DNA of 64,000 bases from Trypanosoma brucei (taxonomy: Eukaryota): positions 736,001-800,000 of the forward strand of contig CP000069.1 in assembly GCA_000002445.1 (NCBI GenBank), read 5' to 3'. The notes under the pieces are model-generated. The model searched no databases. It was not told where the DNA came from and saw nothing but the letters and a program-made list of their open reading frames with translations. Position numbers and translations under genes: made by a program. Each line of letters opens with the position of its first letter. The stretch's first letter is position 1. Positions 19,738 to 30,999 of this stretch are shown here, one piece after another.

Positions 19738-21216
19738 ATGTTTCGTCTAGACGGCTGCCTGATGGGACGGTGGAGCCACCGAGACTTTTTGCGCGGTCGT
19801 ACAAAACTCGGTGGTTCCGTTCACACCCGACACACGCATGGCTCCCGCGGTCGCTACAAGCGGTTGAGCAGCATGTATGGTCTTAGGGATGGCCGGCGCC
19901 ATGCGTGGAATCATATGCACGGTGGGCTTGGTTTGAAGGCGGGAGGCGGGTTATTTGGCCTCCGTATCCCGCGGCAACATGCGCTTTCTACTCTGTCGAA
20001 GGAGGAGTACGATATCGCGCTGCACGGGCATCCCAACATTACAAACCCATATAGGTTGTACATGGATGAACATCCTGATTTGGAGAGTGTAATGCGTAAT
20101 GCCTGCTTGAAGGTGCAACTGGTATTGCTAATGCCCCGTGTACGGCGCACAGCTTTGCAAACCAATTCTCTGCCACCTTCATGGGAAGGCCTGCTGCGGC
20201 ATGTGGGAGAGGCATTGCAGGGTGAAATGAAGTTCTTAGGTCAAAGTAGAGGCGTCACAACTCACTTTACTACGATGTCCGCGTCGGCTACCTGCTCATG
20301 TTCTGCAAGTGATGCGCTTCGCGCTGCCGCTGTTTCCCTGTTTGAGGATCATGTTAGAGGGACCAAGTTGAAGGTGCAAGGGAGTAATTTGCTGCGTAGG
20401 GACGCTAAGGGGAGGTGCAGCAGATTCTTTGGTTCTGCGTTATCCAACCCTTGTATCCCCCTTTCCTTGTCAGCCCCAGCGTTAAAGGCGACGGCATTAC
20501 CCTCTTCCACACCACCGCAACTTCGGTCCGGTATCGGCGCGGCCAAAACCGAAGTGGCGCCCTCAGTGTTTAAACTATCGGAATACCATATGGACTCTAC
20601 AACACCTACCAAGAACTCCGACACCGCTGCCACTACTGTCACCACTAAGAGCGCGTATCACCTCACTCAGCGTGGTGCCCAACAACTCCTTTTGGACTTG
20701 CGGCATGATAATCCGGGTGCTCTCTGCATGTGCCTTCGCTTAGGTGAGATTATACACAATGGCGAGGACCTTCATGAGTGTGTTGGACAACAAAACGGTG
20801 GGGAACCCAAACGTAAACTGTTGCGAGAGGACCTTGATCCTGATGAAGTTGGTGTTTGGAAGCACCCTGCGACCTCAGTGGATGCGTTAATGCGCTGGCA
20901 GTACCTCAATTGGGACCCACGGGGACACTGTGCGGATGTGTTGCCCCACGATAAGCGTGTCCAGACAGTTTGCATATTTGTTGACGCTTCACGGGCGCGC
21001 TGCTACGGCGAGTTACCATCGACTGATACAAGTGATGGTGCACAGCAAAGGGTGTCGCGTTCACTGATGACTGAACAATTCTCCGAAAAGTTGTTAGAGA
21101 TGGATTACAAGTGTGTGGAGAGCAATGATCTTGTTGGGGCATTGGCAGGTTTGAAGCGCTGGTCGGTGGATTATCAGTGGCGAGCTGTTGACTCTCGGAT
21201 GCGAGCAGCGTGCTAG
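19738..21216 (+). CDS. Hypothetical protein (Arg/His-rich N-terminus)
   Basis: 492 aa ATG ORF immediately after an in-frame TGA. Coding-strand orientation is consistent with its neighbours. No recognised domain. Confidence 0.45.
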   Translation: MFRLDGCLMGRWSHRDFLRGRTKLGGSVHTRHTHGSRGRYKRLSSMYGLRDGRRHAWNHMHGGLGLKAGGGLFGLRIPRQHALSTLSKEEYDIALHGHPNITNPYRLYMDEHPDLESVMRNACLKVQLVLLMPRVRRTALQTNSLPPSWEGLLRHVGEALQGEMKFLGQSRGVTTHFTTMSASATCSCSASDALRAAAVSLFEDHVRGTKLKVQGSNLLRRDAKGRCSRFFGSALSNPCIPLSLSAPALKATALPSSTPPQLRSGIGAAKTEVAPSVFKLSEYHMDSTTPTKNSDTAATTVTTKSAYHLTQRGAQQLLLDLRHDNPGALCMCLRLGEIIHNGEDLHECVGQQNGGEPKRKLLREDLDPDEVGVWKHPATSVDALMRWQYLNWDPRGHCADVLPHDKRVQTVCIFVDASRARCYGELPSTDTSDGAQQRVSRSLMTEQFSEKLLEMDYKCVESNDLVGALAGLKRWSVDYQWRAVDSRMRAAC

Positions 21217-21525
21217 CACGAGTGGTGTTTTCTGCTCTGTTGTGAGCTGTATTTTTTTCGATGATGGAGAGGGGTGCAGTTCAGCAGTGGTTGTGCCATT
21301 TGGTACTCTTCACTTTCATAGGCGTGGGTGAGTCACAAAGTAGTTTGATGAGATGGATAACTGGGTACCCCTTCATTGAGTTTTACTGTTAGTAACATAC
21401 GAATGTATGTATTTCGTTTCCATATATCGTCTTTCCACTCTTTTCTTGTTAACTTTTTGCAACCTTCAAGAGGGGTAGGTGAGCCATCACGCCTTCTGGA
21501 TCACCTTGAAACACACCCGTCATAT

Positions 21526-22563
21526 ATGCGACGCGTGACTTCCACCGCTGTGCACCGCACCGTTTCTTCAGTCCTGTCGCCGGCGCTCTTGCCGTCTTTC
21601 AATGGCACATTGCTGTTATCCGTTTGCTTTGCAAGTTGTTCAGCTGCACCGGTGAGAAATTTATACAAGCGCTTGGGACTTGACCATAAAGCAACATCCG
21701 AAGAAGTGAAGGCGGCGTACCGCCAACGTGCCCTTGAATGTCACCCCGACGTGGTGGATGATAACCGGAAGGCTCAAGCTGAGGTGGATTTTCGCGCAGT
21801 TTCTGAGGCTTACGACGTGTTAATCGACCCACAGAAACGCAAGGAGCACGACAAGGCACTTGGACTCGAGCGTACAGTACCTCCTGCAAAGAAGCAACAG
21901 GAGGGAGAAGGAGTGGGTTGCGATTCTAAGGGTTCATTTAATAGGGGAGTTACTCGGCCACGAAACCGGAAACCGTTCGTGCGGGGCGACGCAGATCGCA
22001 ACTTCCGTGAAGCATTTCACGGTATGTCGCTCGATCAAGTACTCTTTCGGGAGCGACTGAGGCAACGACGTATGCAAAAGCAGATGGAAGAAAAGGCAAA
22101 GGAGGGGGACGATGGCTCCCCCGCTGGACGTGAGGAGTCTATTCGGCGTGTGGCTGCTGCAGCGGCGGAGCGCTTTGCAGAAAAAGTGCGGCGACAGTAT
22201 GGACCAGGCATGTTGCGGCATGCGCGTGTGTACACAAGTTTGTCCCGTGATCCGCAGCCGCCACCGTCGGATTATATGCCCTTTCGCCCGTTCCATGGCT
22301 GGACTGTACCGAATGGTGTGCGGACGCCACCTGAACCGACTTTAGGTCCAACTGCAAAGGTGGAGGACGTGAAAGATGTGCAACTTGCAGAACCTGCGGT
22401 TGGTGATGCCAGCCACCAGCGGAAGTTGCCGAAACATTTCCCAGTGGTACAGGCACCGGATGGTTCTTCGTTGCTACGAGAGGAAGCCATTGCCTGTATG
22501 GAGCGGGAGCGGCGCTTACCACACAACATGGGAAAGTTGTACTCATATCACAGACCATACTAA
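21526..22563 (+). CDS. DnaJ/J-domain protein (type III-like, probable mitochondrial presequence)
   Basis: J domain NLYKRLGLDHKATSEEVKAAYRQRALECHPDVV...AYDVLIDPQKRKEHD with the HPD motif. Start moved to the first ATG (21526) downstream of the pyrimidine tract 21400-21470; the track ORF starts at 21376. N-terminus MRRVTSTAVHRTVSS is Arg/Ser/Thr-rich. Confidence 0.75.
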   Translation: MRRVTSTAVHRTVSSVLSPALLPSFNGTLLLSVCFASCSAAPVRNLYKRLGLDHKATSEEVKAAYRQRALECHPDVVDDNRKAQAEVDFRAVSEAYDVLIDPQKRKEHDKALGLERTVPPAKKQQEGEGVGCDSKGSFNRGVTRPRNRKPFVRGDADRNFREAFHGMSLDQVLFRERLRQRRMQKQMEEKAKEGDDGSPAGREESIRRVAAAAAERFAEKVRRQYGPGMLRHARVYTSLSRDPQPPPSDYMPFRPFHGWTVPNGVRTPPEPTLGPTAKVEDVKDVQLAEPAVGDASHQRKLPKHFPVVQAPDGSSLLREEAIACMERERRLPHNMGKLYSYHRPY

Positions 22564-23001
22564 CCGAGTCAGTAACTGAAGGGACTGCTGTGGTCCTCGG
22601 CTACTGGACAACTTTGTTATAACCTGGTGCGCTGGGTATTTAGGTTACTTTTCTTCTATTATTATTTTTCTTTGTTTGTCTGTGGGAATGATTGACGCAT
22701 TACGCCATTTACCCCTCCCTTCTTCAACTGGTGACGATATTAACCCTTCTATTTTACCGTTTAAATGTTTCCATTCACCTTCACACCACAAATGTGAAAT
22801 ACTGAGCGCATCCTTTGTCTACAAAAAATACACCACATCATAAAATATATGACGAGAAATACATATATTTCGATCAAAAAAAAAAGATCAACTAACAGCA
22901 GCAAATACGTATATATTGTAGAAGCCGAGAAAAGCCAAAGAAAAAGAAAAGAAATCAGTAGGGGAAGGTCAAAAAAAACACGACAACTCATTCGTTTCAG
23001 C

Positions 23002-23724
23002 ATGCGGCGGCAAATTCTTGGTGCTGCTTGTTTAGTTAAGGCGGCTGCAGCACCGGTCCTCACGGAGTCGGCCCGTGGCATTTACACTACATGGGCCTCG
23101 ATTCCACTGGAGCCGTGGGCAACGAAAGAGCCATGGCTGAAACGTCTCACCAATCAGTCGCGCTATCGTAGTTTTGAGTTTTGGCACGTGCCAGAGGCGA
23201 AGGCACCAACAGGTATTAAATTCTCCTCAGTGGAACTGTACCTCCTGAGTGGCATCGAAGATGATACCAACCGCCTCTTGAACTTAAGTTGGACGTACGA
23301 CTTTGACTCTTTCTGGAGGGACCGTGTGGACGCGCATGAGATGCTGTACAATTCTATCTACAAGAAACCTTCTTTCATTTCCGGGTTTTTGTTTGGAAAT
23401 TATTCAGACAATGAAGCTGGACGGAAACACATTGAGAAAAAGTTGAACTACCTCAAATCTGTGCTCCTTTGGGCTTTTGCTACGGAGCATTGCCACTCAG
23501 CCATTGTGAAGGCAAGATTCGTCATGCAACGTGATGTATGGAATGCTTTGGAGCGTGAGCGGTATCTTGCGGGTTGCTTGGAAGTGGTAGAGACCTTTAA
23601 GAAAGAAATACCTCAAGAGTTTGCAAAGAAGGCAATTGAAGAGCTCCAAAACGACCTTACGGCTATGCGGCACTGGGTATGGGACTGCCCGAATGTAAAG
23701 CGAGCGTTCCCACAGTTGTCGTAA
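23002..23724 (+). CDS. Hypothetical protein with mitochondrial-presequence-like N-terminus
   Basis: ATG at 23002 (MRRQILGAACLVKAAAAPVL). The upstream part of the track ORF (22849-) is A-rich and lysine-dense, so it looks like UTR. The remaining 240 aa are of ordinary complexity with no recognised domain. Confidence 0.45.
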   Translation: MRRQILGAACLVKAAAAPVLTESARGIYTTWASIPLEPWATKEPWLKRLTNQSRYRSFEFWHVPEAKAPTGIKFSSVELYLLSGIEDDTNRLLNLSWTYDFDSFWRDRVDAHEMLYNSIYKKPSFISGFLFGNYSDNEAGRKHIEKKLNYLKSVLLWAFATEHCHSAIVKARFVMQRDVWNALERERYLAGCLEVVETFKKEIPQEFAKKAIEELQNDLTAMRHWVWDCPNVKRAFPQLS

Positions 23725-25709
23725 TAGGAAGAAAGGAATTAAAAGTGTCAGTTTTCCTTTCCATAGTCGAACGGGGGGCTGCGGTGTCTGTGTGTGTGTG
23801 TGTGTGTGGGGTGGGGAGGGGGGAGGAAAGTGAATAGCAAACAAAAGCGAAGAACCGAGCGAAAGCAAGAAGAAATAATTTTGAAAAAAAAACTATTGAA
23901 CATATTATTCGCTCGAGTCCATGAGAAATGAAGAGATCACAAGGGAATTGTACGGGGATATTTTATCTTTTTTTCTTCCCTCTATGCCTCCATAGCTGGG
24001 AGATCCAAGGGTGAATTCGAAACAAATACACTTGGGTTGATGTGAATGCGTTTTCTTTAAGTGTTCTTTACAAACTTTTCTCATTCATGTGGCCTCGTTT
24101 CGCTGGCTGCCATTTAGCACATATTTGAATTTAGTAACGGGAAGCCGGTTGTATTGCCCCCTTTTCCCCTATTATGAGGTACCTTCACTACGCCAACAAC
24201 GACACAAACGCGCCGCCACATCATCCTCCAATGACCATCGTATTATACATATATATATATATATATATATTGCGCATCATATTTCTCGATATCGCTCGGG
24301 ACTTAGCGCCAACGGAGTTGCTAAGTGAATGTAGATGATGTTGCAGTTGCGGTGGTGCCTGTCTGGAAAAAAAAAGAGAAGGCGTGTATGAGGGAGGAGG
24401 GGAAAGGGGAACTATGCCGTGTTTTCATCTTTGTAATATCTTTGGGTGTTTATTGGGTATATAAGTCTCGGAACAACCATTGGAGGATAGGGAGAGTGGA
24501 CTTTTTGAAAAAAGAAAAAGGTGGAGAAAAAGAAAGAAGGTAGGAACTATGGAAAAGACGTTTGCCGTGTATCGATGTATCACAAATCATCAGACGTGGT
24601 GGTGAAGTGCTCAAACCTGTCAGAAAATTGTTTTAGTTTACAAAAAAAAATAACAAAACGATTATCGTTACTTTCTCATCCCTGTATTTTTCCTTCATTT
24701 AGTTAGTAACAACACGCTTTTTTTCCCAGGTAAGCCCCGTGCGCACGGCGATGCAGTTCTAGTTCAGTGGGTTTCAAACAAAAAGGGGGTTTTCAAGTAA
24801 TCTCGTTATTATTTCCTCCCACTCTTTGCTCCTCCCAAGAATTCGTTACTTATCGGGTTGACACCTATTCTTTGCTTTGTACCTCCACGAGTGTTCGCAT
24901 TAATTTCATGTACGCACTTATTTCTTTACCTTTTCTTTTCTTTTCTGTTTTTTTTATATTTCTTTGCCTCGTATCTTATAGTGTTTATGTATATTTCGTT
25001 CGATTCATTGTAGTGTGGAAATGCTCTTAATGTTGCACAGTAGATTATTATTATATATATTTTTGACCCCCTCCCTTACGACCAGCAGCATGCGAGGAAG
25101 ACGTGGTTGTGGAATATCATGACATGAAGTGGCGGTAACTGCAGTCGCAATGAATTCATTTACATCCCTTCAAATCGTTCATATAGGGGAAATATGTGTA
25201 CGTTTGAAATGAAAAAAAAAAGGGAAGCAGTTCGGCCATCGAATGCGCAAGCGGTAAATACTTCTTTTGGCTCACACTTTCCTCCAAGTTTAGTCTTGAG
25301 TTATTTTAGTGCACTGCTCGTTAAGCGTTACCCGATTTAACGTTGGTACTTCTCTACCGGTTTATTATCGGTATTATTTTTCATGTGCGTCACTTTACTC
25401 CTTTTTTGATTGCTTTTAACTTACACCATTTGTTTTGTTAATGCGAATCTCACCTTCACCGATTGCCTGCAACAAACTTTTGTCTTTTTTTTCCTTTTTG
25501 AATTAAATGGTTTACTTTGCTCGCTTAACTGTTTCCCAAGTACGTCTGCTGGCCGGAAGGGCGAAGCGTGACGCGAAACTGTTCTTGTCGGTGCGAAGAA
25601 AAAAGGGGGAAAAACAATAAACAGCAGCAGAGAGAGTGCTGTGAAGGAAGAGACCAGAGACGAGGTAATTTCCCGCAGTGGAAAATTTGATGGTGATTGT
25701 GGCAGCGAA

Positions 25710-26396
25710 ATGAGTTGGTTAACTCCTTCAGGTTCCTCATACTTTCTTTCCAAAGTGGTTGTAAACTCCGCACCGTGCGCTCCATTACATTTATTAGTGA
25801 TGCATCGATGCAGGGTTGCGTTTCCATGCGTGAATTACCGCCCTCTGCTTTGGCGCGGCATGTTGCAGGTCCCTTCGAGGCCAACAATATGTGATAATTC
25901 TCTCAAGGTACAGTTGCGCCACTCACGAATTAGTTCTTTCAAACAGGAGGGATATTACCGATTTGCAAGAGCCAAAGATATACATGTCGATGAATCATGC
26001 TTTACTTTGCTTACTGCGCGAGGTGGTGGGCCAGGTGGGCAAGGGTCGAACAGCAGCAGCAATAAGGTAGAAATGCGTGTTAACATGGCTTCTCTCAGCG
26101 AGTACTTTGATGAAGAATTGATTGGAAACATTAAAGCAAATGAATGCGGTAAAGCACTGACATCGGATGAGACACAGCTGATCATTTCAAGCCATGAACA
26201 CCGAAGTATGTACCAGAACAAAGAGGAATGCATTAGGCGGCTTCAGCAGATGATTCACGTGGCGTCATGGGTTCCTCCTGTGGAAGCTAACCCAATAAAG
26301 AAGCCCTCACATATCGTTTCTGAAAGAAAAAATGAGCGGAGAAAAAAAAGTGCAGTGAAAAAAATGCGTCAAACGGCTCGCAAAGGGCTGTGGTAA
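25710..26396 (+). CDS. ICT1/RF-1-domain peptidyl-tRNA hydrolase (GGQ protein, mitoribosome rescue factor-like)
   Basis: Motif ARGGGPGGQGSNSSSNKVEMRV is the GGQ loop of the class-I release factor/ICT1 domain. Basic C-terminal tail KKPSHIVSERKNERRKKSAVKKMRQTARKG is typical of ICT1/MTRFR. First ATG at 25710; the track ORF begins at GTG 25641. Confidence 0.65.
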   Translation: MSWLTPSGSSYFLSKVVVNSAPCAPLHLLVMHRCRVAFPCVNYRPLLWRGMLQVPSRPTICDNSLKVQLRHSRISSFKQEGYYRFARAKDIHVDESCFTLLTARGGGPGGQGSNSSSNKVEMRVNMASLSEYFDEELIGNIKANECGKALTSDETQLIISSHEHRSMYQNKEECIRRLQQMIHVASWVPPVEANPIKKPSHIVSERKNERRKKSAVKKMRQTARKGLW

Positions 26397-26701
26397 CGTT
26401 TCTGCAGAGGAATTGTGTACACTCAAATGGTTATGAGTTCAACAGTTTTTTAGTTGTGTTTAAAAAAAAAACGTTTGTCACTACTTACTGCGATTTTACC
26501 TTTCCTTGAAGCTATATTTGTTTGATTTATTTCCATTTTTTATTTCCTGTTGCTCTATCTCCCCTTATAATGTAATAGTTAGTATTCAAGTCCATTCAAA
26601 TATAGAACTTTTGAACGTTGTTTTTTTTTTTTTCATCCCTTTAAAACAATATTTATATTTCTAATATCACATCTTATTGTGTTTAGCTGTTTGGTTCAGG
26701 T

Positions 26702-27142
26702 ATGTTAAGACGTTTGTTTACGCGCATGGCCCCGCGGGCAAAAAATCATGAGGAACTGATGAAGATGTTGCGCGAGGGTTCACAAGTGGGGAAGATGGCG
26801 GCATCGGAGGAAAGTGGCGTGACATTTCGCGACATCCGCACGGTTCCCATCGGTGAGTCAAATGAAGCAAAGCGGCGACGATTGCTCTATCAATCAACTT
26901 ATCGCGGAATGGTGGAGATGGACATTATTCTCGGGGCATTCGCGCGGCAAAACATTGAAACGTTGTCGGCTCCTCAACTGGAAGAATACGATGCGGTGTT
27001 AAGACATTTTGATAATGATTTGTATAAATGGCTCGTAATGGATGTTGAGGCCCCAGCGGAGGTTGCGCAGATTCCGGTATTTCAGTCACTGCATTCTTTT
27101 GTTAGGGATGAGCGGGAGAAGTTACTGAAATGTGCATCATAA
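26702..27142 (+). CDS. SDHAF2: Succinate dehydrogenase assembly factor 2 (SDHAF2/Sdh5 family)
   Basis: RRRLLYQSTYRGMVEMDIILGAFARQNIETLSAPQLEEYDAVLRHFDNDLYKWL matches the Sdh5/SDHAF2 core (RLLYQSRKRGxLExDLLLSTFAxxxLxxMxxxELxEYDxLLxExDWDIYYW). N-terminal MLRRLFTRMAPRAK looks like a mitochondrial presequence. Confidence 0.8.
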   Translation: MLRRLFTRMAPRAKNHEELMKMLREGSQVGKMAASEESGVTFRDIRTVPIGESNEAKRRRLLYQSTYRGMVEMDIILGAFARQNIETLSAPQLEEYDAVLRHFDNDLYKWLVMDVEAPAEVAQIPVFQSLHSFVRDEREKLLKCAS

Positions 27143-28426
27143 TTTAGCCTGAGCATATCGGTTTTGTTTTATTCTGCTTTTGTCGAAGTGGGAGGAGGGG
27201 GGGGGGGTTGAGCAGGTGGAGTGACTTAAAAAAAAAAAAGAAGCAAAATAAGGGTGTTTGTAGTTTTGCCAAGTGACTTCGCTACTTTCTACTGTCTGGT
27301 AAGTTGATTATATGCCCAGTTGCGCGTAAACGCTCGTGGAGCCGAGGTCATGTAATAGAAAAAACACCTAAAATTTAGTATTGGGGAATTTATTGTCATT
27401 ACCTACTGTGTGCGTGGCAACGCACATTGCCTCGTTTAGTTTGTTCCTCTTTTGTTGGTATCATTATCTTGATCATTACTATCATTATTGTTATAGCTAT
27501 TTTTTCATTGTCGTAATGGTTTTTGTATGTTTTTTTTTTTTACGATGCGTATCTATGTTTATTTTCCTTTTTTTTCTTTACTTCTTTCTCAATTTGATTT
27601 GAATATCTGTCCCTTCTTTCTCTTCGCGATAACAAAATATGTCTTTTTTTTTCTTTTACTATTATCCGACACTTCCCTATTTTTCACTGCTGCTGTGCGT
27701 CTGCAAGCACCACCATATATTCTGTGCAAGTTTTTGTTATTATTTCATTTGTACCCAATTTAGCAGACACGAGCCGGGTGAATGTGTGCGTCAGCTTGCA
27801 AAATTCATATTGGTAGCATCAAGTAAATAAGTTTATTTGGTTCTATGCGCTCTTATGAGAGGAAAGGAAAAAAAAAACGGCAAGTTTGTGGGTGAAGGGG
27901 GATCGACACTTTTAAAAAGGGAGCAGAAGAGAACGGAAGAGAGGTGAAAGTTAAAGGAAGGGATGCTGCAAATATTTCACACAGGAAACGAATAAACTTG
28001 AGAGAAAAGCATATGCTTATGTGAAGGAAAAGGGGACTTGGGGAAATAGGCAAAAGTCGAGTTCTCTTACGAGGACTAAACAAATAAAGAAAGGTATAAA
28101 CATATTTGAAATGGGTAAGAAAGGGATAAATAACAAAACGCTCACCACTCAGTAAAGAAAAAGTCGGGACAACGTGTGTGGGAAACAATGTCATGGGCAA
28201 ATGTGTGTGTGTGTGGAGAGAGAGAGGGGGGGGGGAATTATTTGTTTGTCGTCCTGCAGGGGTACTAAACAAAAAGATGACATAAAATAACTTGTGCTGC
28301 ATCGTTGCTTACTCGCTGTGGATAAGTGCTTGTTCTCTTTTTCTTTCTTTATCTTTGGTTACTCCTATTCATAGAGAGAAATTCAGGGTGTGGGAGAGAT
28401 TGGGCTGCTACGTTCGTGTCAACGAT

Positions 28427-30991
28427 ATGGCGGAAATGCTGAACGAAACAGTCGTTTCCCCGCGGAAGTGGTATGTTCACGTGGCGGTTCAGTCATTCGA
28501 AGGAGAGTCGTGGGCCATGGTAAAGGGTGAGACAGCAAGGAATACCGCAGTTACTGCAGAACAATCAATGACGGTTGATACTGAAGGGAATCGGGAGAGA
28601 AATGAAAACTCCACAAGATCAGTGCTACTCCCATGTACGGATGCTATAAATAAGTTTTCCTCTGGTGTTGGGGGCGCCATGAATTCGGATAATTTCCTGA
28701 ACATCGTGCGGGAGTGCAACAGTGACGAGTCGTTAGTTAGCCGTGTGGCGGACGTTGGATTTGTTCTTAAACCATTTAGGGATAATGGCGGTAATGGCAG
28801 TTGTGAGAAGAACCGTGGCACTGTGGGTGGTGGTGACCGGCCTGCAGAAATGCACTACCAGCTTGTTCAATCTATTGACCCACTTCTAAAGGACGTATTG
28901 GAGCCACCTGTTTCTGCCGTTATCGATGACTGTGTTGATGCCACGGTGCTCGTTTACGGGGCTACGCAAGAGATGAAACACCTGGGCGTTGTTGGTACAC
29001 CGTCAGCGTGTGGTTTGTTGCCGAAAAGCATCTGCATGATCGTTAATAAGTGTTCTCAACATCGCAAGCAGACTCTGCTGGAGCGTGCGGCTACGGCCGA
29101 GTCAAATTCAACAGGTGGCTCAACGAACCTCACTGGCAGCAACATTTCTGGGGAGGGGACTCATAGAGGAAAAGATCATTGTTTTGTTGACGCTGAAGCA
29201 TCATTTATCGCTTTTGACAGAACCAATGTGGCGGATTTGTTGGACCTGAGTAATATCGACGTGGAAATTAGCTTTAATATGGCCCGGAAGGAAACACAAC
29301 CCAATAACGGTGGTGAAGACAGCACTTCTCAAGAATCACGCTGTGGTGTAACTTCCACCGGAGCCTGCATTAAAAACGCGCGTTCGCTGCCCGTTAATAA
29401 CGTAAATGATGCTCTCAAGGCACTTGATATTGGCCTCGAAAGCCTTGCTTCTGCTGTGAATAATGGTTTACTACCCTCAGAGATTGGTACGTCGCTGCTA
29501 TTTTCGCTTACTTTCTTCACGGACGACGGGCATGTGGCCACCTTCCGTATATTTTGTTTAGCCGAAGATGCTGCTGTTCAGGATTGGATCGTGTCATCGG
29601 TGCTATCAAGAAGTTCTGGTCCTCATAATGGCCCGGAACCACCGGTGTTACGTCACAATGCCGTGGCACTACTGATGCCTCTTCTGTGCCAGGGAAATGC
29701 ATTCGCGTCAGTGTTGCTTTGTGTATACAATTCTGTTACGGCACTTCAGCGACTCTCACGCGACTTAACTTTTGCCATCGCCGCACAAAAGCTCACCACA
29801 GCACCGTGTCCAGTGTCCCTTGTTGGAAGGAAGGGAATACCTTCGCTTGCCTGCGGCTCAGGGAGTCGCTTGCCGAATACCGGTCAGCGGAGTTTTTCAT
29901 CTGATAAGCACAAACGAGGCTCTGTGGTCTCGAAAAAGGAGCGACGAGTTGATCCTACCCACGTGGACTCTCCATTGAGCGGACTCACTCCACGCTCCGG
30001 CGTGTGTGTTCCGCTTAGTATGGACGATCAACTGATTCACGAGGAGGAATTAAGCAAAGCGTGTCAGGGGGAACGTTTTGTCGATATGCCCTTGCATAGG
30101 GCCAGTGGTGTTGAAGCACCATATTCAATTATTTTAACAACTGCAAAGAAGGAAACACGAGTGCTGCTGGGTCGCTCTCCACCAGCTCTCGCGGCTGAAT
30201 CGGGAGTGGCAGGCAACTTGAGTCATGGCGCTGAAACTGCTGCAGATTTGAATCTGGCATGTAGTGGTGAAGGTTGCCGTCATTCCTCTTCAGAGGCCGC
30301 CAACCTTTCCACTCGTGGGTCAGATGGAACTTTAAATAAGGTAGATGATGGTTGTCCCAGTGGAATAAAGAAAGTTGTAGATGCCGAACACAATGCTATG
30401 AAAGGCGTTTCATGCTCGGGAGTGCTGCAATTACCTTCTTTTGGTGACGGCGGGATTGAAAATGTTTCAAACAAAAGCGAAATTGGGAATGCCAAACCTA
30501 CAATGGGAAAGAATATAGATTATACTGCTAATTCCAGTGGCATCAGCAACTGCCAGGCGACGAGTCCCACTTCTGCAAATGTTTCTGATGCCCAACGCTT
30601 GCGATTCAAAGATATCCTGTGCAGGGATGAGGAACGACATGATGTGGGCAATGTCGATGTCCCCGCAACTTCTTCTGCATCCCCTCCACAGGGTGGAAAT
30701 GGTTCTGAAGCGGTTGCAGAGGGCCGAACAGTTTCCTCACTGGACCCTCATTCCACTTCAAGCGAGATGGAGTTACTTGTTGATGAATTTATTTGTTTCT
30801 ACCGTGATTCCTGCGCAACAAAAGACCGAGTGGCTCACCTGGAAAGGGAATTAGCTCGCGCCCGCAAAGCACTTGAGGGGAAACGGGAGTTGGAGGAAAA
30901 ACTGGCTCGGCAGCAGGACTTGACGGAAAAACTTCGTGAGCAGGTGGCTCTTTTGCTTGCTGAAAGAGAGTTGTACTGTGGGACGAGGTGA
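28427..30991 (+). CDS. Large hypothetical protein with C-terminal coiled coil
   Basis: First ATG at 28427 after polypyrimidine tract 28296-28370; the track ORF starts at TTG 28292. 854 aa. C-terminal RVAHLERELARARKALEGKRELEEKLARQQDLTEKLREQVALLLAEREL is a heptad coiled coil. No other recognised domain. Confidence 0.5.
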   Translation: MAEMLNETVVSPRKWYVHVAVQSFEGESWAMVKGETARNTAVTAEQSMTVDTEGNRERNENSTRSVLLPCTDAINKFSSGVGGAMNSDNFLNIVRECNSDESLVSRVADVGFVLKPFRDNGGNGSCEKNRGTVGGGDRPAEMHYQLVQSIDPLLKDVLEPPVSAVIDDCVDATVLVYGATQEMKHLGVVGTPSACGLLPKSICMIVNKCSQHRKQTLLERAATAESNSTGGSTNLTGSNISGEGTHRGKDHCFVDAEASFIAFDRTNVADLLDLSNIDVEISFNMARKETQPNNGGEDSTSQESRCGVTSTGACIKNARSLPVNNVNDALKALDIGLESLASAVNNGLLPSEIGTSLLFSLTFFTDDGHVATFRIFCLAEDAAVQDWIVSSVLSRSSGPHNGPEPPVLRHNAVALLMPLLCQGNAFASVLLCVYNSVTALQRLSRDLTFAIAAQKLTTAPCPVSLVGRKGIPSLACGSGSRLPNTGQRSFSSDKHKRGSVVSKKERRVDPTHVDSPLSGLTPRSGVCVPLSMDDQLIHEEELSKACQGERFVDMPLHRASGVEAPYSIILTTAKKETRVLLGRSPPALAAESGVAGNLSHGAETAADLNLACSGEGCRHSSSEAANLSTRGSDGTLNKVDDGCPSGIKKVVDAEHNAMKGVSCSGVLQLPSFGDGGIENVSNKSEIGNAKPTMGKNIDYTANSSGISNCQATSPTSANVSDAQRLRFKDILCRDEERHDVGNVDVPATSSASPPQGGNGSEAVAEGRTVSSLDPHSTSSEMELLVDEFICFYRDSCATKDRVAHLERELARARKALEGKRELEEKLARQQDLTEKLREQVALLLAERELYCGTR

Positions 30992-30999
30992 AAAAGAGG

